Sequence record: DRR378314_949
Strand: one strand, 5' to 3'
Length of the DNA: 43,678 nucleotides
Positions within the stretch are counted from its first letter, which is position 1, and each line of letters begins with the position of its first letter. Position numbers and translations under genes: made by a program. A model generated the notes under the pieces. The model saw only the letters and a list, made by a program, of their open reading frames with translations. It did no database searches and had not been told where the DNA came from. This document shows positions 1-8,440 of the stretch, piece after piece.

Positions 1-100
1 CGCTCGACAAAAACATCCCTGTTTTTGACGATCCCTGACCGCCCTCAACCCGTGCCTTGCTAATCATGGTGCCCATCGTTTCCTGCAAAACAAAAGGCCG
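1..100. repeat. Partial REP/MITE-like intergenic palindromic element (cut by window start)
   Basis: Hairpin TCGACAAAAACA-TCCC-TGTTTTTGACGA at 4-31 (11/12 paired) in non-coding DNA; resembles, from memory, dispersed Marinobacter intergenic repeats; only one copy is visible. Confidence 0.4.
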
Positions 101-157
101 AGTATACAGTCTGTGGAATGTAATGTGGTGCTGCCTGCAGCAAGATATATCTGTTTC

Positions 158-209
158 TTGACGTGTTAGGGCACTTGTCCTATAGATATAAATAGGACGG
201 TCGTCCTAT
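158..209 (+). promoter_or_regulatory. Sigma70 promoter overlapped by two palindromic TetR operators
   Basis: TTGACG (158-163), 17 bp, TATAGA (181-186); palindromes TAGGGCA-CT-TGTCCTA (167-182) and ATAGGACG-GT-CGTCCTAT (192-209). Confidence 0.75.
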
Positions 210-240
210 AGGTACCATCGAAGCACCCGGAAGCGGTTTC

Positions 241-834
241 ATGAGCGCCAAACAGACAAAAGATCACATCGTTGATGCTGCGGATCAGCTGTTCTACGAG
301 CAGGGTTTCGAGCACACGTCTTTTTCACAGATTGCGGATGCTGTAGGTATTTCGCGCGGGAATTTCTATTACCACTTCAAATCCAAGGACGAAATCCTTG
401 ATGCCGTCATCAATCTCCGTCTGGCTCGTACGGGGTCAATGCTGGAGGGATGGGAAATTGAAGGGGGCACACCCGCCGATCGGATTCGCTGCTTTATCAA
501 TATCCTGGTGCTGAACCGGGCCAAAATTAAGCGCTTTGGTTGTCCGGTCGGCACTTTGTTTACAGAGCTTGCCAAGCTGGAGCATCCGAGCAAAGACAGC
601 GCGAACGAACTGTTCACGCTGTTCAGGAACTGGTTGCGGCGGCAGTTTGAGCAGTTTGGCCGGCGTGATGATGCGGATGAACTGGCGATGCATCTCCTGG
701 CCGCGAGCCAGGGAGTGGCAACGCTGGCCAGTGCGTTTCAGGACGAAGATTTTATCAGGAGCGAGGTGGGTCGTCTGAACGACTGGCTTGCCTCGCTTGA
801 AGGCGAAAACAATACACAGCAGGAGGTGGTTTGA
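241..834 (+). CDS. TetR/AcrR family regulator (NemR/LmrA-YxaF-like)
   Basis: N-terminal HTH 'GFEHTSFSQIADAVGISRGNFYYHFKSKDEIL'; C-domain 'GCPVGTL'. Confidence 0.92.
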   Translation: MSAKQTKDHIVDAADQLFYEQGFEHTSFSQIADAVGISRGNFYYHFKSKDEILDAVINLRLARTGSMLEGWEIEGGTPADRIRCFINILVLNRAKIKRFGCPVGTLFTELAKLEHPSKDSANELFTLFRNWLRRQFEQFGRRDDADELAMHLLAASQGVATLASAFQDEDFIRSEVGRLNDWLASLEGENNTQQEVV

Positions 835-1121
835 TGTTCATTGTGAATTTGAGGTTTTCTGAGAACAAGAGCCAGGCCGGTTCGTTTATGGAGGGGCACA
901 ATCAGTGGATAAAGCGCGGCTTTGAAGACGGCGTTTTTCTGATGGTTGGCAGCCTCCAGCCAGGTCTCGGCGGATCTGTTATCGCCCATGGTGTCTCGAG
1001 GGAGGAGCTTGAAAGCCGGGTTAACGAAGATCCATTCGTGGCCGAGAATGTGGTTACCGCGGAACTGCTTGAAATCGAACCCAAAAAAGCCGATGAGCGG
1101 CTGAGCTTTCTTATGGGTTGA
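834..1121 (+). CDS. YciI-like small protein
   Basis: AGGAGG RBS at 821-826, TGATG overlap with tetR stop; 'H..W...GF..G.FL..GS' and 'EDPFV' motifs. Confidence 0.8.
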   Translation: MFIVNLRFSENKSQAGSFMEGHNQWIKRGFEDGVFLMVGSLQPGLGGSVIAHGVSREELESRVNEDPFVAENVVTAELLEIEPKKADERLSFLMG

Positions 1122-1152
1122 CCTCGTAGACTGACCACGAACTCCATGGTTA

Positions 1153-1200
1153 GCGGAGGCCCTCCGCGGCGGACAGCTTACACTGCTCCGCCGCCCGCTA
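1153..1200. terminator. GC-rich stem-loops between convergent genes
   Basis: GCGGAG-GCC-CTCCGC (1153-1167) and GCGGCGGA...TCCGCCGC (1166-1194). Confidence 0.45.
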
Positions 1201-1208
1201 TCCTCGCC

Positions 1209-2018
1209 TCAACCGAGATGTACGCTCCCTTCCATATAAAACGCAGCCTGGCCTGCGATGGCGACGCGGTCGCCTTTCAGTTCACACTTCAGAACGCCGC
1301 CCCTGGCGGAGACCTGGTTTGCCAAGAGGCTGGTTTTCCCCAGCCTCTCTGCCCAGTAGGGCACCAGAACGCTGTGTATGGAGCCGGTGACGGGGTCTTC
1401 GTCGATGCCGGCGCCGGGGGCGAAGTAGCGGCTGACGAAGTCGCAGTTCTGGCCGGGTGCGGTAATGATAACGCCCTGGTTGCCGAGTTCCTTGAGTTTT
1501 CGCATGTCCGGTTGCGCGGCTTTCACGGCGTTTTCGTCCTTCAGAATGACCATGTAGTTGGTGTCGTTGGGGACGAAATAGGAGATGTCCGGGGCGCCTT
1601 CCAGGGCTTCCAGAATGGGTGCGGGTGTCGGTTTTTGCTCGAAGGGCAGGTTGGGGAAATCGAGCACCAGCCAGCCGTCGTCGGTTTGTTTCACGCCCAA
1701 CGGGCCACTCTTGGATTGGAAGCGGATCTGTTCCCGGCTCCAGTTCAGCTTGTTGAAGATGGCCCACGCGCTGGCCAGGGTAGCGTGGCCGCAGAGCGGG
1801 ACTTCCACGCCCGGTGTGAACCATCGTATGTGGAAGTCGGCGTCTGCGCCCTCGGGCAATGGCACGAAGAAGGCGGTTTCGGAGAGATTGTTCTCCTGTG
1901 CCAGCGCTAACATAGTGTCATCTGGTAACCATTCCTCCAGAGGCATTACGGCGGCGGGGTTGCCTCCGAATACGTCGTTGGTAAAGGCATCGATCTGGTA
2001 AAGCGGTAGTGTTCTCAT
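1209..2018 (-). CDS. PhzF/YddE family isomerase/epimerase
   Basis: Motifs YQIDAF, GGNPAAV, NLSETAF, EVPLCGHATLA, EDPVTGS; start set at MRTLPLY with RBS and ATGA coupling. Confidence 0.93.
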   Translation of the reverse strand: MRTLPLYQIDAFTNDVFGGNPAAVMPLEEWLPDDTMLALAQENNLSETAFFVPLPEGADADFHIRWFTPGVEVPLCGHATLASAWAIFNKLNWSREQIRFQSKSGPLGVKQTDDGWLVLDFPNLPFEQKPTPAPILEALEGAPDISYFVPNDTNYMVILKDENAVKAAQPDMRKLKELGNQGVIITAPGQNCDFVSRYFAPGAGIDEDPVTGSIHSVLVPYWAERLGKTSLLANQVSARGGVLKCELKGDRVAIAGQAAFYMEGSVHLG

Positions 2019-2320
2019 AATATCCTCCCTGAGAAAGGTATAGCGTATCGGTGTGACCGCTGGGCGGCAAACTGGCCCAGCTCGGCGAGACTGTAAAAAT
2101 GAAGCTCTGGTAGCGAACTGGAATGGGTCAGTATCCAGTGCCTTGGGGCTACCTGGCTGATCACGAACCCGAGACTTTCCAGCCACTTCGATATCGTTTG
2201 AGCCGGTGGGACTCCAACGCCAGGAGCGAGGCTCTGACCCACCCCCAGAACATCCTTGCGGCTGGCCAGTGGCGGCGTATTCTTGTGGGGGTATAGCAGC
2301 GCTCTGTTGAATGCGGTCAT
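2015..2320 (-). CDS. Hypothetical protein (~101 aa) coupled to PhzF gene
   Basis: GAAGGAG RBS before ATG at 2320; stop overlaps the PhzF start (ATGA). Confidence 0.6.
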   Translation of the reverse strand: MTAFNRALLYPHKNTPPLASRKDVLGVGQSLAPGVGVPPAQTISKWLESLGFVISQVAPRHWILTHSSSLPELHFYSLAELGQFAAQRSHRYAIPFSGRIL

Positions 2321-2361
2321 GGTGAAACTCCTTCTTCTTGGACTCTGATCACCATTCTCCG

Positions 2362-2464
2362 CCGATACAGACAACCATAACAGATTCAGATATTGTGGTT
2401 TTGAACCGGTACAGGCCTTCTTATCGGGTATCTGTGCTGGTCAGAAACTGTTTGATCTGTACTG
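2362..2464. promoter_or_regulatory. Array of putative MocR operator repeats (CCNNNACAGAT-like)
   Basis: CCGATACAGA 2362, CCATAACAGAT 2375, CCGGTACAGG 2406 on +; inverted ATCTGTGCTGG 2430 and ATCTGTACTG 2455, between divergent genes. Confidence 0.65.
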
Positions 2465-2498
2465 CCTCCATTCCGGATTGATCTGGCAGGATGAAGCA

Positions 2499-3911
2499 AT
2501 GGGCATTCTCTATAATCAGGTAGCAGACCAGTTGCACGCATTGATTCGTGATGGGGTTTATCGCGAAGGTGAGCGGCTGCCTGGTGTTCGGGCGCTCAGC
2601 CGCCAATTTGGTGTGAGTGTGTCTACGGTGCTGCAAGCCCATCAGACACTGGAGGCCCGGGGCTATCTGGAAGCGCGGGAGCGTAGTGGTTATTTCGTGC
2701 ACCTGCCCCGGCGGGATACCCCCGAACCGGTGATGCAGAAGCACAGGGCCAAGCCGGTACCGGTGAGCGCCCGTGATATGGCGCTTGATCTCTGTGCCGA
2801 TGAAGAGAAGCGGATGGTCCCACTGGCGGCCGCCGTGCCACATCCCGATTTCCTGCCTGTGCGGCAGATTCAGCATGCCACCCTCTGGGCCGCTCGGCGT
2901 GGGCTGGAAACCCTGGACTATGCCTTTCCCGGCAAAATTGAGTATCGCCGACAGGTGGCACAGAGGATGGCTGCGCTGGGAATTATTACGACACCCGACG
3001 ATATCCTTGCCACCAATGGCGCCCAGGAAGCCATCATTCTCGCCCTGCAGGCGGTAACGTCACCCGGGGATATCGTGGTGGTGGAATCGCCCTCGTTTCC
3101 GGGCATTCTCCAGGCCCTGGACGTGGTCGGGCTTAGGGTGATTGAAGTGCCGACCCATCCGGCGGAGGGCTTGAGCCTTGAGGGACTGGAACTGGCGCTG
3201 GAACAGTGGCCGGTGAAGGCCTGTGTGGTGGTGCCCAATCACAGCAATCCCATGGGCGCGTGCATGTCCGACCTTCGTAAGCAGCAAATGGTGCGGATGC
3301 TGGAAGCGGCGGGCGTTCCATTGATTGAGGACGACATCTACGGCGATTTGTATTACGGCACGAATCGACCCAGGCCGGCGAAAGTCTTTGACACCACCGG
3401 CAACGTTATCTATTGCAACTCCTTCTCCAAGACCATCTCGCCCGGTTTGCGTCTGGGCTGGATGATGCCCGGTAAATACCTGGCCGAAGCACGTCAGCAG
3501 AAGTATTTCAGCAACCTCGGCACAGCGAGCGTGCCCCAGATTGCTGTGGCTCACTTCCTGGAGCAAGGCGGTTATGATCGTTACCTGCGTTCTGCCCGGC
3601 AGCGTTACCGCGAGGCCACGGACCGTATGCGCGCGGCAGTAGGGCGTTCGTTCCCGGAAGGCACGGCCGTCAGCCGCCCCCAGGGTGGATTCGTGCTGTG
3701 GGTTCAGCTTCCGGGCACGGTGTCTGGCACAGAGGTGTTCCGGCGGGCCCGTGAGGAGAACATTAACGTGGCTCCGGGTCTGATGTTCTCCACCACGGAT
3801 AAGTACGAAAATTGCCTGCGGCTGAATGGGGCCAATCCCTGGAGTGAGCGGGTTGAGCAGGCCATCGCCAGGCTGGGCGCCATCGCTACAGCGGTCGCTG
3901 CTGATGCCTGA
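2499..3911 (+). CDS. GntR/MocR family PLP-dependent regulator (YdcR-like)
   Basis: wHTH 'RLPGVRALSRQFGVSVSTV' plus aminotransferase domain 'IEDDIY' and 'SFSKTISPGLRLGW'. Confidence 0.93.
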   Translation: MGILYNQVADQLHALIRDGVYREGERLPGVRALSRQFGVSVSTVLQAHQTLEARGYLEARERSGYFVHLPRRDTPEPVMQKHRAKPVPVSARDMALDLCADEEKRMVPLAAAVPHPDFLPVRQIQHATLWAARRGLETLDYAFPGKIEYRRQVAQRMAALGIITTPDDILATNGAQEAIILALQAVTSPGDIVVVESPSFPGILQALDVVGLRVIEVPTHPAEGLSLEGLELALEQWPVKACVVVPNHSNPMGACMSDLRKQQMVRMLEAAGVPLIEDDIYGDLYYGTNRPRPAKVFDTTGNVIYCNSFSKTISPGLRLGWMMPGKYLAEARQQKYFSNLGTASVPQIAVAHFLEQGGYDRYLRSARQRYREATDRMRAAVGRSFPEGTAVSRPQGGFVLWVQLPGTVSGTEVFRRAREENINVAPGLMFSTTDKYENCLRLNGANPWSERVEQAIARLGAIATAVAADA

Positions 3912-3945
3912 CGGTGCTTTGCGCCGTTGTCTTCCCCTGGGCTCG

Positions 3946-3976
3946 GTGACAATCTGTCATTTCGTGACAATCTGTC
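3946..3976 (+). promoter_or_regulatory. Tandem palindromic repeat upstream of metalloprotein gene
   Basis: GTGACAATCTGTC twice (3946-3958, 3964-3976), 18-bp period; each contains GACA-ATC-TGTC. Confidence 0.55.
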
Positions 3977-4109
3977 CAATTTCTCGGGTTTTCGTCTTCC
4001 TTCCGTATTGAATTCGGGTTTAAACTGAGGTCTCTGATCAATTTTCGTACGCGCCGTTGCCGCTGTACGGTGAATGCCGCTCCATAATCACAACTAACCG
4101 GAGGCAGTC

Positions 4110-4943
4110 ATGACCATCAGTTCCACTCCCGAAGGCGTTTCGGTTACACCCCGTCACCTCCACTTCGATATCTCCGACGATCTGAAAACCCTATGGCATG
4201 GAAACGATGCGTTCCGCACGGCGTTTTTTAATGCGTTGTCGCTCCAGTTCCCCGATGGCGAGCAGCAGTTCATCAATGCAGTTCGGCTCTATCGGGACAA
4301 GGTGGACGACCCGAAACTGAAGGAGGAAATTCGCGGGTTTATTGGCCAGGAAGCGATGCATAGCCGTGAGCACAAGCACTACAACGAAGCGTTGAAGGCT
4401 CGCGGATACAAAATTGATGCCATTGATGAGCGTTTCCGCCGGCACATGGCGTGGGTGGGTAACCTGCCGCCCAGTCGACAACTGGCTGGAACCTGCGGTG
4501 CGGAGCATTACACAGCGGTATTGGCGAACGCGATCCTCCGTCACCCTGAATGGATGGAAGGGGCCACGCCCGACATGCAGAAGCTGTGGCGCTGGCACGC
4601 CATCGAGGAGACCGAGCACAAGTCGGTGGCTTTCGATGTCTACCGACACTGCGTTGGCAATGAACGCCTGCGCCGGATCGTGTTCCTGTTCGTAACATGG
4701 AATTTCTTCAAGTACACCTTCCTGAACACCTGCAGTCTGCTGAAAACCGACGGCAAGTTGTGGAACCTCGGCACGTGGATTGGCGGTATCAACTTTTTGT
4801 GGGGTAAGCCGGGAGTGTTGCGCAAGTGCATGCCGGACTTCCTGGCCTATTTCCGGGAGGGGTTCCACCCCTGGCAGCAGGATAACCGTGAACTGATCGA
4901 GAAAAACCTCAATGAACTTGAGTTGAAGCAACCCGCAGGCTAG
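4110..4943 (+). CDS. 'Predicted metal-dependent hydrolase' family protein with EXXH motifs
   Basis: FNALSLQFPDGEQQF, QEAMHSREH, AEHYTA, WHAIEETEHKSVAFD, GFHPW; GGAGG RBS. Confidence 0.85.
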   Translation: MTISSTPEGVSVTPRHLHFDISDDLKTLWHGNDAFRTAFFNALSLQFPDGEQQFINAVRLYRDKVDDPKLKEEIRGFIGQEAMHSREHKHYNEALKARGYKIDAIDERFRRHMAWVGNLPPSRQLAGTCGAEHYTAVLANAILRHPEWMEGATPDMQKLWRWHAIEETEHKSVAFDVYRHCVGNERLRRIVFLFVTWNFFKYTFLNTCSLLKTDGKLWNLGTWIGGINFLWGKPGVLRKCMPDFLAYFREGFHPWQQDNRELIEKNLNELELKQPAG

Positions 4944-5056
4944 CAGGGTGCTGAAATGTTGATCGCTTTGTGTAAGACTGGGCGCTGCCAATAACAATGA
5001 GAATAATACGAAGGGAAGCAACCAGCTGGAATAGCTTCCCGTAGCTGGAGGCCCCC

Positions 5057-6007
5057 ATGCGCGTTGGTCTTATCGTTGATTCTGCCTGCGATCTACCCTA
5101 TGAGTTCAGTCGCAAGCACGATCTGTTTGTCCTGCCAGTCACTGCTGTTATCGACGGCCAGACCTACATTGACGGTCACGACCCGGTCAGGACCCAGGAA
5201 TTCTACCAGAGCGGCTTGTTGCAGAAGGGCCACCACGCTGAAACCCACGCCTTTTCCGCAGAACAGATCCACGACCTGTTCATGGAGAAAATTGTCACGG
5301 AATTCGATGTCGCCATCTGCGAAACAGTGACCCGCTCCAGAAGCCTGATCTTTCAGAACGCGACGGAAGCCATGAACAGTGTGATGGGGCATTACCATGA
5401 GGCCCGCCACGCCGCCGGGCGTGAAGGTAAGTTCTCCATGCGAGTGATCGACAGCAAGCAAATCTTTGCCGGCCAGGGATTGCTGGCGGCTCACACCCTT
5501 CGTCTGATTGAACAGAAATTGTCGAAAAACGCGTTACGCAATGAAGTTGATACGTTCACCGACAAAATCTATACCTGCGTGATTCCCCGGGATTTGCACT
5601 ATATACGCGAACGCGCCCGCCGGCGCGGTGACAAGAGCGTGTCGGCTCTGGTGGCGTTTCTCGGCAAGGCGCTGAACATCACTCCGGTTATTTTCGGTCA
5701 GGGTGCTGAAGGGCAACCGGTTGCCAAAACCCGAAGTTTCGACGTGGCGGTGGAAAAAGTGATGAACTACGCCACGGCAAGGGTCGAGGCAGGCCTGCTG
5801 ACGCCCTATGTCAGCCTTTCCTGCGGCCTTACCTGGACCGACATTGAGGACCTTCCAGGCTTGAACCGCCTGCGTGACGCCTGTGAGAAGAACGGCGTTG
5901 AGCTTTTGCTGTCCCAGATGGGTATTACCAGCAGTATCTATATCGGCCCCGGCAGCCTGTGCCTGGCCCTTGCCGCGGAACCCCACGAGTTCAGCGATTT
6001 CCAGTAA
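5057..6007 (+). CDS. DegV family (fatty-acid-binding) protein
   Basis: 'IVDSACDLP' N-terminus, 'VIDSK', C-terminal 'IGPG'; GGAGG RBS. Confidence 0.88.
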   Translation: MRVGLIVDSACDLPYEFSRKHDLFVLPVTAVIDGQTYIDGHDPVRTQEFYQSGLLQKGHHAETHAFSAEQIHDLFMEKIVTEFDVAICETVTRSRSLIFQNATEAMNSVMGHYHEARHAAGREGKFSMRVIDSKQIFAGQGLLAAHTLRLIEQKLSKNALRNEVDTFTDKIYTCVIPRDLHYIRERARRRGDKSVSALVAFLGKALNITPVIFGQGAEGQPVAKTRSFDVAVEKVMNYATARVEAGLLTPYVSLSCGLTWTDIEDLPGLNRLRDACEKNGVELLLSQMGITSSIYIGPGSLCLALAAEPHEFSDFQ

Positions 6008-6164
6008 TTGGGACTATCGGGCATTCGGGAGGCGCCCCCGGCTTCTTGGCCCGCTCGCACACCAAAGCCTGTATCTTCGGCAAACGCAGCCAGTCGGGCT
6101 TCGTGTTAGCCTCATGTCGTTCTGATTCCAGACGCCCACTTCCAGACAGCACCGGACCCTGATT

Positions 6165-7199
6165 ATGACCAAAGGTAAAACGGATCTCGCCAATGCGTTG
6201 CTCGAGCAACACGTAAAACACGAACTGGCTTCCCTGAAAGGTGCCAAGTTACGGCGTTTTCTGGAAACAGAAGTGGATGAGCTGTTCGGCTACGCCGGCT
6301 CCGTCACTCTGAACCGGCTGACCTCGGTCGAACAGGTCATGGGTGTGATCCAGCGCATTGTGATCAACATGGAACTGGATGCCGGCATCCCGGAGCTGGC
6401 AGCGGAGATGGCCACGGAAGTGCTGAATGCGCCGGTCCAGAAGACCTCGCGGCTGCGGGATATTATTACGCGGGAGCAAGCCACGGGTTTTCTGGAGGAA
6501 GCCCTTGAGCTTCGGCAGCAGCGCGAGCGAGTGATCAGTGAAATCATGGCGCACCCTGTCTACCAGGAACTGGTATCCAATGTGGTGTATCAGGGCGTGG
6601 TGAATTACCTCTATGAGGACAACCTGATCACCAAGAGCGTTCCTGGTGTTGGCTCGATGATGAAGTTCGGCAAGCGCATGGCTAACAAGGCAGTGCCGGG
6701 CCTGGACGAGACGTTCGAACGCCGTTTCAAGGCCTGGCTGGCGGACAGCCTGCCGGGGCTGATTAGCCGCAGTGAACAGTTCCTGAACCGGGCGCTGACC
6801 GACGAAGAACTGCGGGACAGCGTGATGGCCGTCTGGGTATCCCTGGAAGACCGCACCATTGAAGAGCTGCACGAAGGGTTGGGCGACGTCCAGTTGCAGG
6901 AGTTTGTGGTGCTGGGATACGAGTTCTGGCTGCAGTTCCGCCAGACGGCGTATTTCGAGGGCTGCGCCCGAGCGGTGGTGGAACACCTGTTCACCCTCTA
7001 TGGCGACAGGCCGGTGATTGAACTGCTCGGTGCGGTTGGTGTTGATCGCGACGTGGTCATGGCAGAGGTGGATGCCTACGCGCTTCCGGTCATAGACGTG
7101 CTGCGGGAGGAGGGGTATCTTGAAGCCCTTATCCGCCGTCGCCTTTCCCCCTTCTATAAGTCGGCCGCGGCGAAAAAACTTTTGCAGCAGGAGTCCTAA
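6165..7199 (+). CDS. Hypothetical alpha-helical protein (344 aa)
   Basis: Long ORF with host-like codon usage; no motif recognised. Confidence 0.8.
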   Translation: MTKGKTDLANALLEQHVKHELASLKGAKLRRFLETEVDELFGYAGSVTLNRLTSVEQVMGVIQRIVINMELDAGIPELAAEMATEVLNAPVQKTSRLRDIITREQATGFLEEALELRQQRERVISEIMAHPVYQELVSNVVYQGVVNYLYEDNLITKSVPGVGSMMKFGKRMANKAVPGLDETFERRFKAWLADSLPGLISRSEQFLNRALTDEELRDSVMAVWVSLEDRTIEELHEGLGDVQLQEFVVLGYEFWLQFRQTAYFEGCARAVVEHLFTLYGDRPVIELLGAVGVDRDVVMAEVDAYALPVIDVLREEGYLEALIRRRLSPFYKSAAAKKLLQQES

Positions 7200-7232
7200 G
7201 CCCTCCTGCAGTCCCTGGTGGGGTGTTTGGCA

Positions 7233-7892
7233 ATGTGGATACCGACTGACCTGTTTTGGGCCTATCTGGTGGCTATTTCGCTGCTGACCGTGACGCCCGG
7301 AGTGGATACCCTGCTGGTGATGCGGAATGCCGGGCGGGGCGGATCGAATCACGGTTTGCGGGATGGCTGCGTGACCAGTGTGGGCATCTGCTGTGGGTTG
7401 TTTATCCACGCCACCCTGTCTGCCCTGGGTATTTCCATGCTGCTGGTGGAGACGGCCTGGGCGTTTACCGCGCTTAAATGGGCAGGTGCCTGCTATCTGA
7501 TCTGGTTGGGTTTGAGTTCGTTGCGGCAGGCCATGAAGCGTGTCCCGGCAACAGTCGCAACGCCGGAAGCCCATGAAGACTCGTCAGCTAACCCGGTATC
7601 TATCGCTGTGGCGTTTCGCGAGGGCCTGTTGTCCAACGTGCTCAATCCGAAAACCGCGCTGTTTTACATGGCGTTATTGCCCCAATTCATTGACCCGGCC
7701 GGAAACGCTTTCCAGCAATCGCTGTTCCTTGCGGCGATTCATTTTGTTCTGGCCATGGTGTGGCAGTGTGGGTTGGCGCTGGTGGTGGTCAAGTCCCGCC
7801 GGTTGGGCGTAGGGCAGGGTATAAAGCGCATGCTGAATGCTTTGACTGGCGGGTTCTTCGTGGCCATCGGGGCAAAGCTGGCGATGCAGTAG
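7233..7892 (+). CDS. LysE/RhtB family exporter
   Basis: 'LTVTPGVDTLLV', 'LKWAGACYLIWLG', 'GLLSNVLNPKTALFY...LPQF'. Confidence 0.92.
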   Translation: MWIPTDLFWAYLVAISLLTVTPGVDTLLVMRNAGRGGSNHGLRDGCVTSVGICCGLFIHATLSALGISMLLVETAWAFTALKWAGACYLIWLGLSSLRQAMKRVPATVATPEAHEDSSANPVSIAVAFREGLLSNVLNPKTALFYMALLPQFIDPAGNAFQQSLFLAAIHFVLAMVWQCGLALVVVKSRRLGVGQGIKRMLNALTGGFFVAIGAKLAMQ

Positions 7893-7906
7893 TGAAGTGG
7901 TGATGT

Positions 7907-7940
7907 ATGAAAAAGGGGAGCCTGGGCTCCCCTTTTTCAT
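7907..7940. terminator. Bidirectional rho-independent terminator
   Basis: Perfect 16-bp inverted repeat ATGAAAAAGGGGAGCC/GGCTCCCCTTTTTCAT between convergent lysE and fdxA. Confidence 0.9.
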
Positions 7941-7979
7941 GGCAACGCGCTGTTGATGGCAACGCGCTGAAACCAGCGA

Positions 7980-8303
7980 TTACTTTTCGAGGTACTGCAG
8001 CTTGTCTGGCTTGCCATCCCACTCTTCGGCATCTGGCAGCGGGTCTTTCTTTTCCGTGATGTTCGGCCACTTGCCAGCCAGGTCGGCGTTGAGCTCGACG
8101 AACTGCGTCTGATCCGCGGGTAGCTCGTCTTCCGAGAAAATCGCCTCAGCAGGGCACTCCGGCTCACACAGGGCGCAATCGATGCACTCGTCCGGATCGA
8201 TTACCAGAAAGTTCGGGCCTTCGTAGAAGCAGTCAACCGGGCATACTTCCACGCAGTCCGTGTATTTGCACTTGATGCAGTTATCAGTAACGACAAACGT
8301 CAT
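7980..8303 (-). CDS. fdxA: 7Fe ferredoxin I
   Basis: [51 protein letters not shown], typical of Azotobacter/Pseudomonas FdxA; adjacent to mutS. Confidence 0.97.
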   Translation of the reverse strand: MTFVVTDNCIKCKYTDCVEVCPVDCFYEGPNFLVIDPDECIDCALCEPECPAEAIFSEDELPADQTQFVELNADLAGKWPNITEKKDPLPDAEEWDGKPDKLQYLEK

Positions 8304-8358
8304 AGTCAGTTTCCTGGTCCAGTAGTCAATCTCATCAGTGTAATAATAATTGCGCGAT

Positions 8359-8387
8359 ATTGTATTGAGCGGTCTGCCCTGTCGCAA
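8359..8387 (-). promoter_or_regulatory. Sigma70 promoter of fdxA
   Basis: TTGCGA-17 bp-TACAAT on minus strand. Confidence 0.65.
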
Positions 8388-8440
8388 GCGCTGCGGCGCA
8401 CTATCGTTATTACACAGATCAATTCTGCCGCCGAGTTCCG

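Noticed and set aside
1146-1910. Long antisense ORFs (1146-1910, 4191-5021, 6249-7574, 10049-10678, 11702-12352, 40265-41017 and similar)
   Set aside because: Shadows of well-supported genes on the opposite strand in GC-rich DNA; no family motifs
6014-6115. Short Cys/Arg-rich minus-strand ORF (MRLTRSPTGCVCRRYRLWC...) between degV and the hypothetical gene
   Set aside because: No clear RBS or recognisable homology; cannot be supported without conservation data
7939-7969. 14-bp direct repeat ATGGCAACGCGCTG x2
   Set aside because: Only two copies, 3 bp apart, in a 3' UTR; a simple duplication, not a CRISPR array
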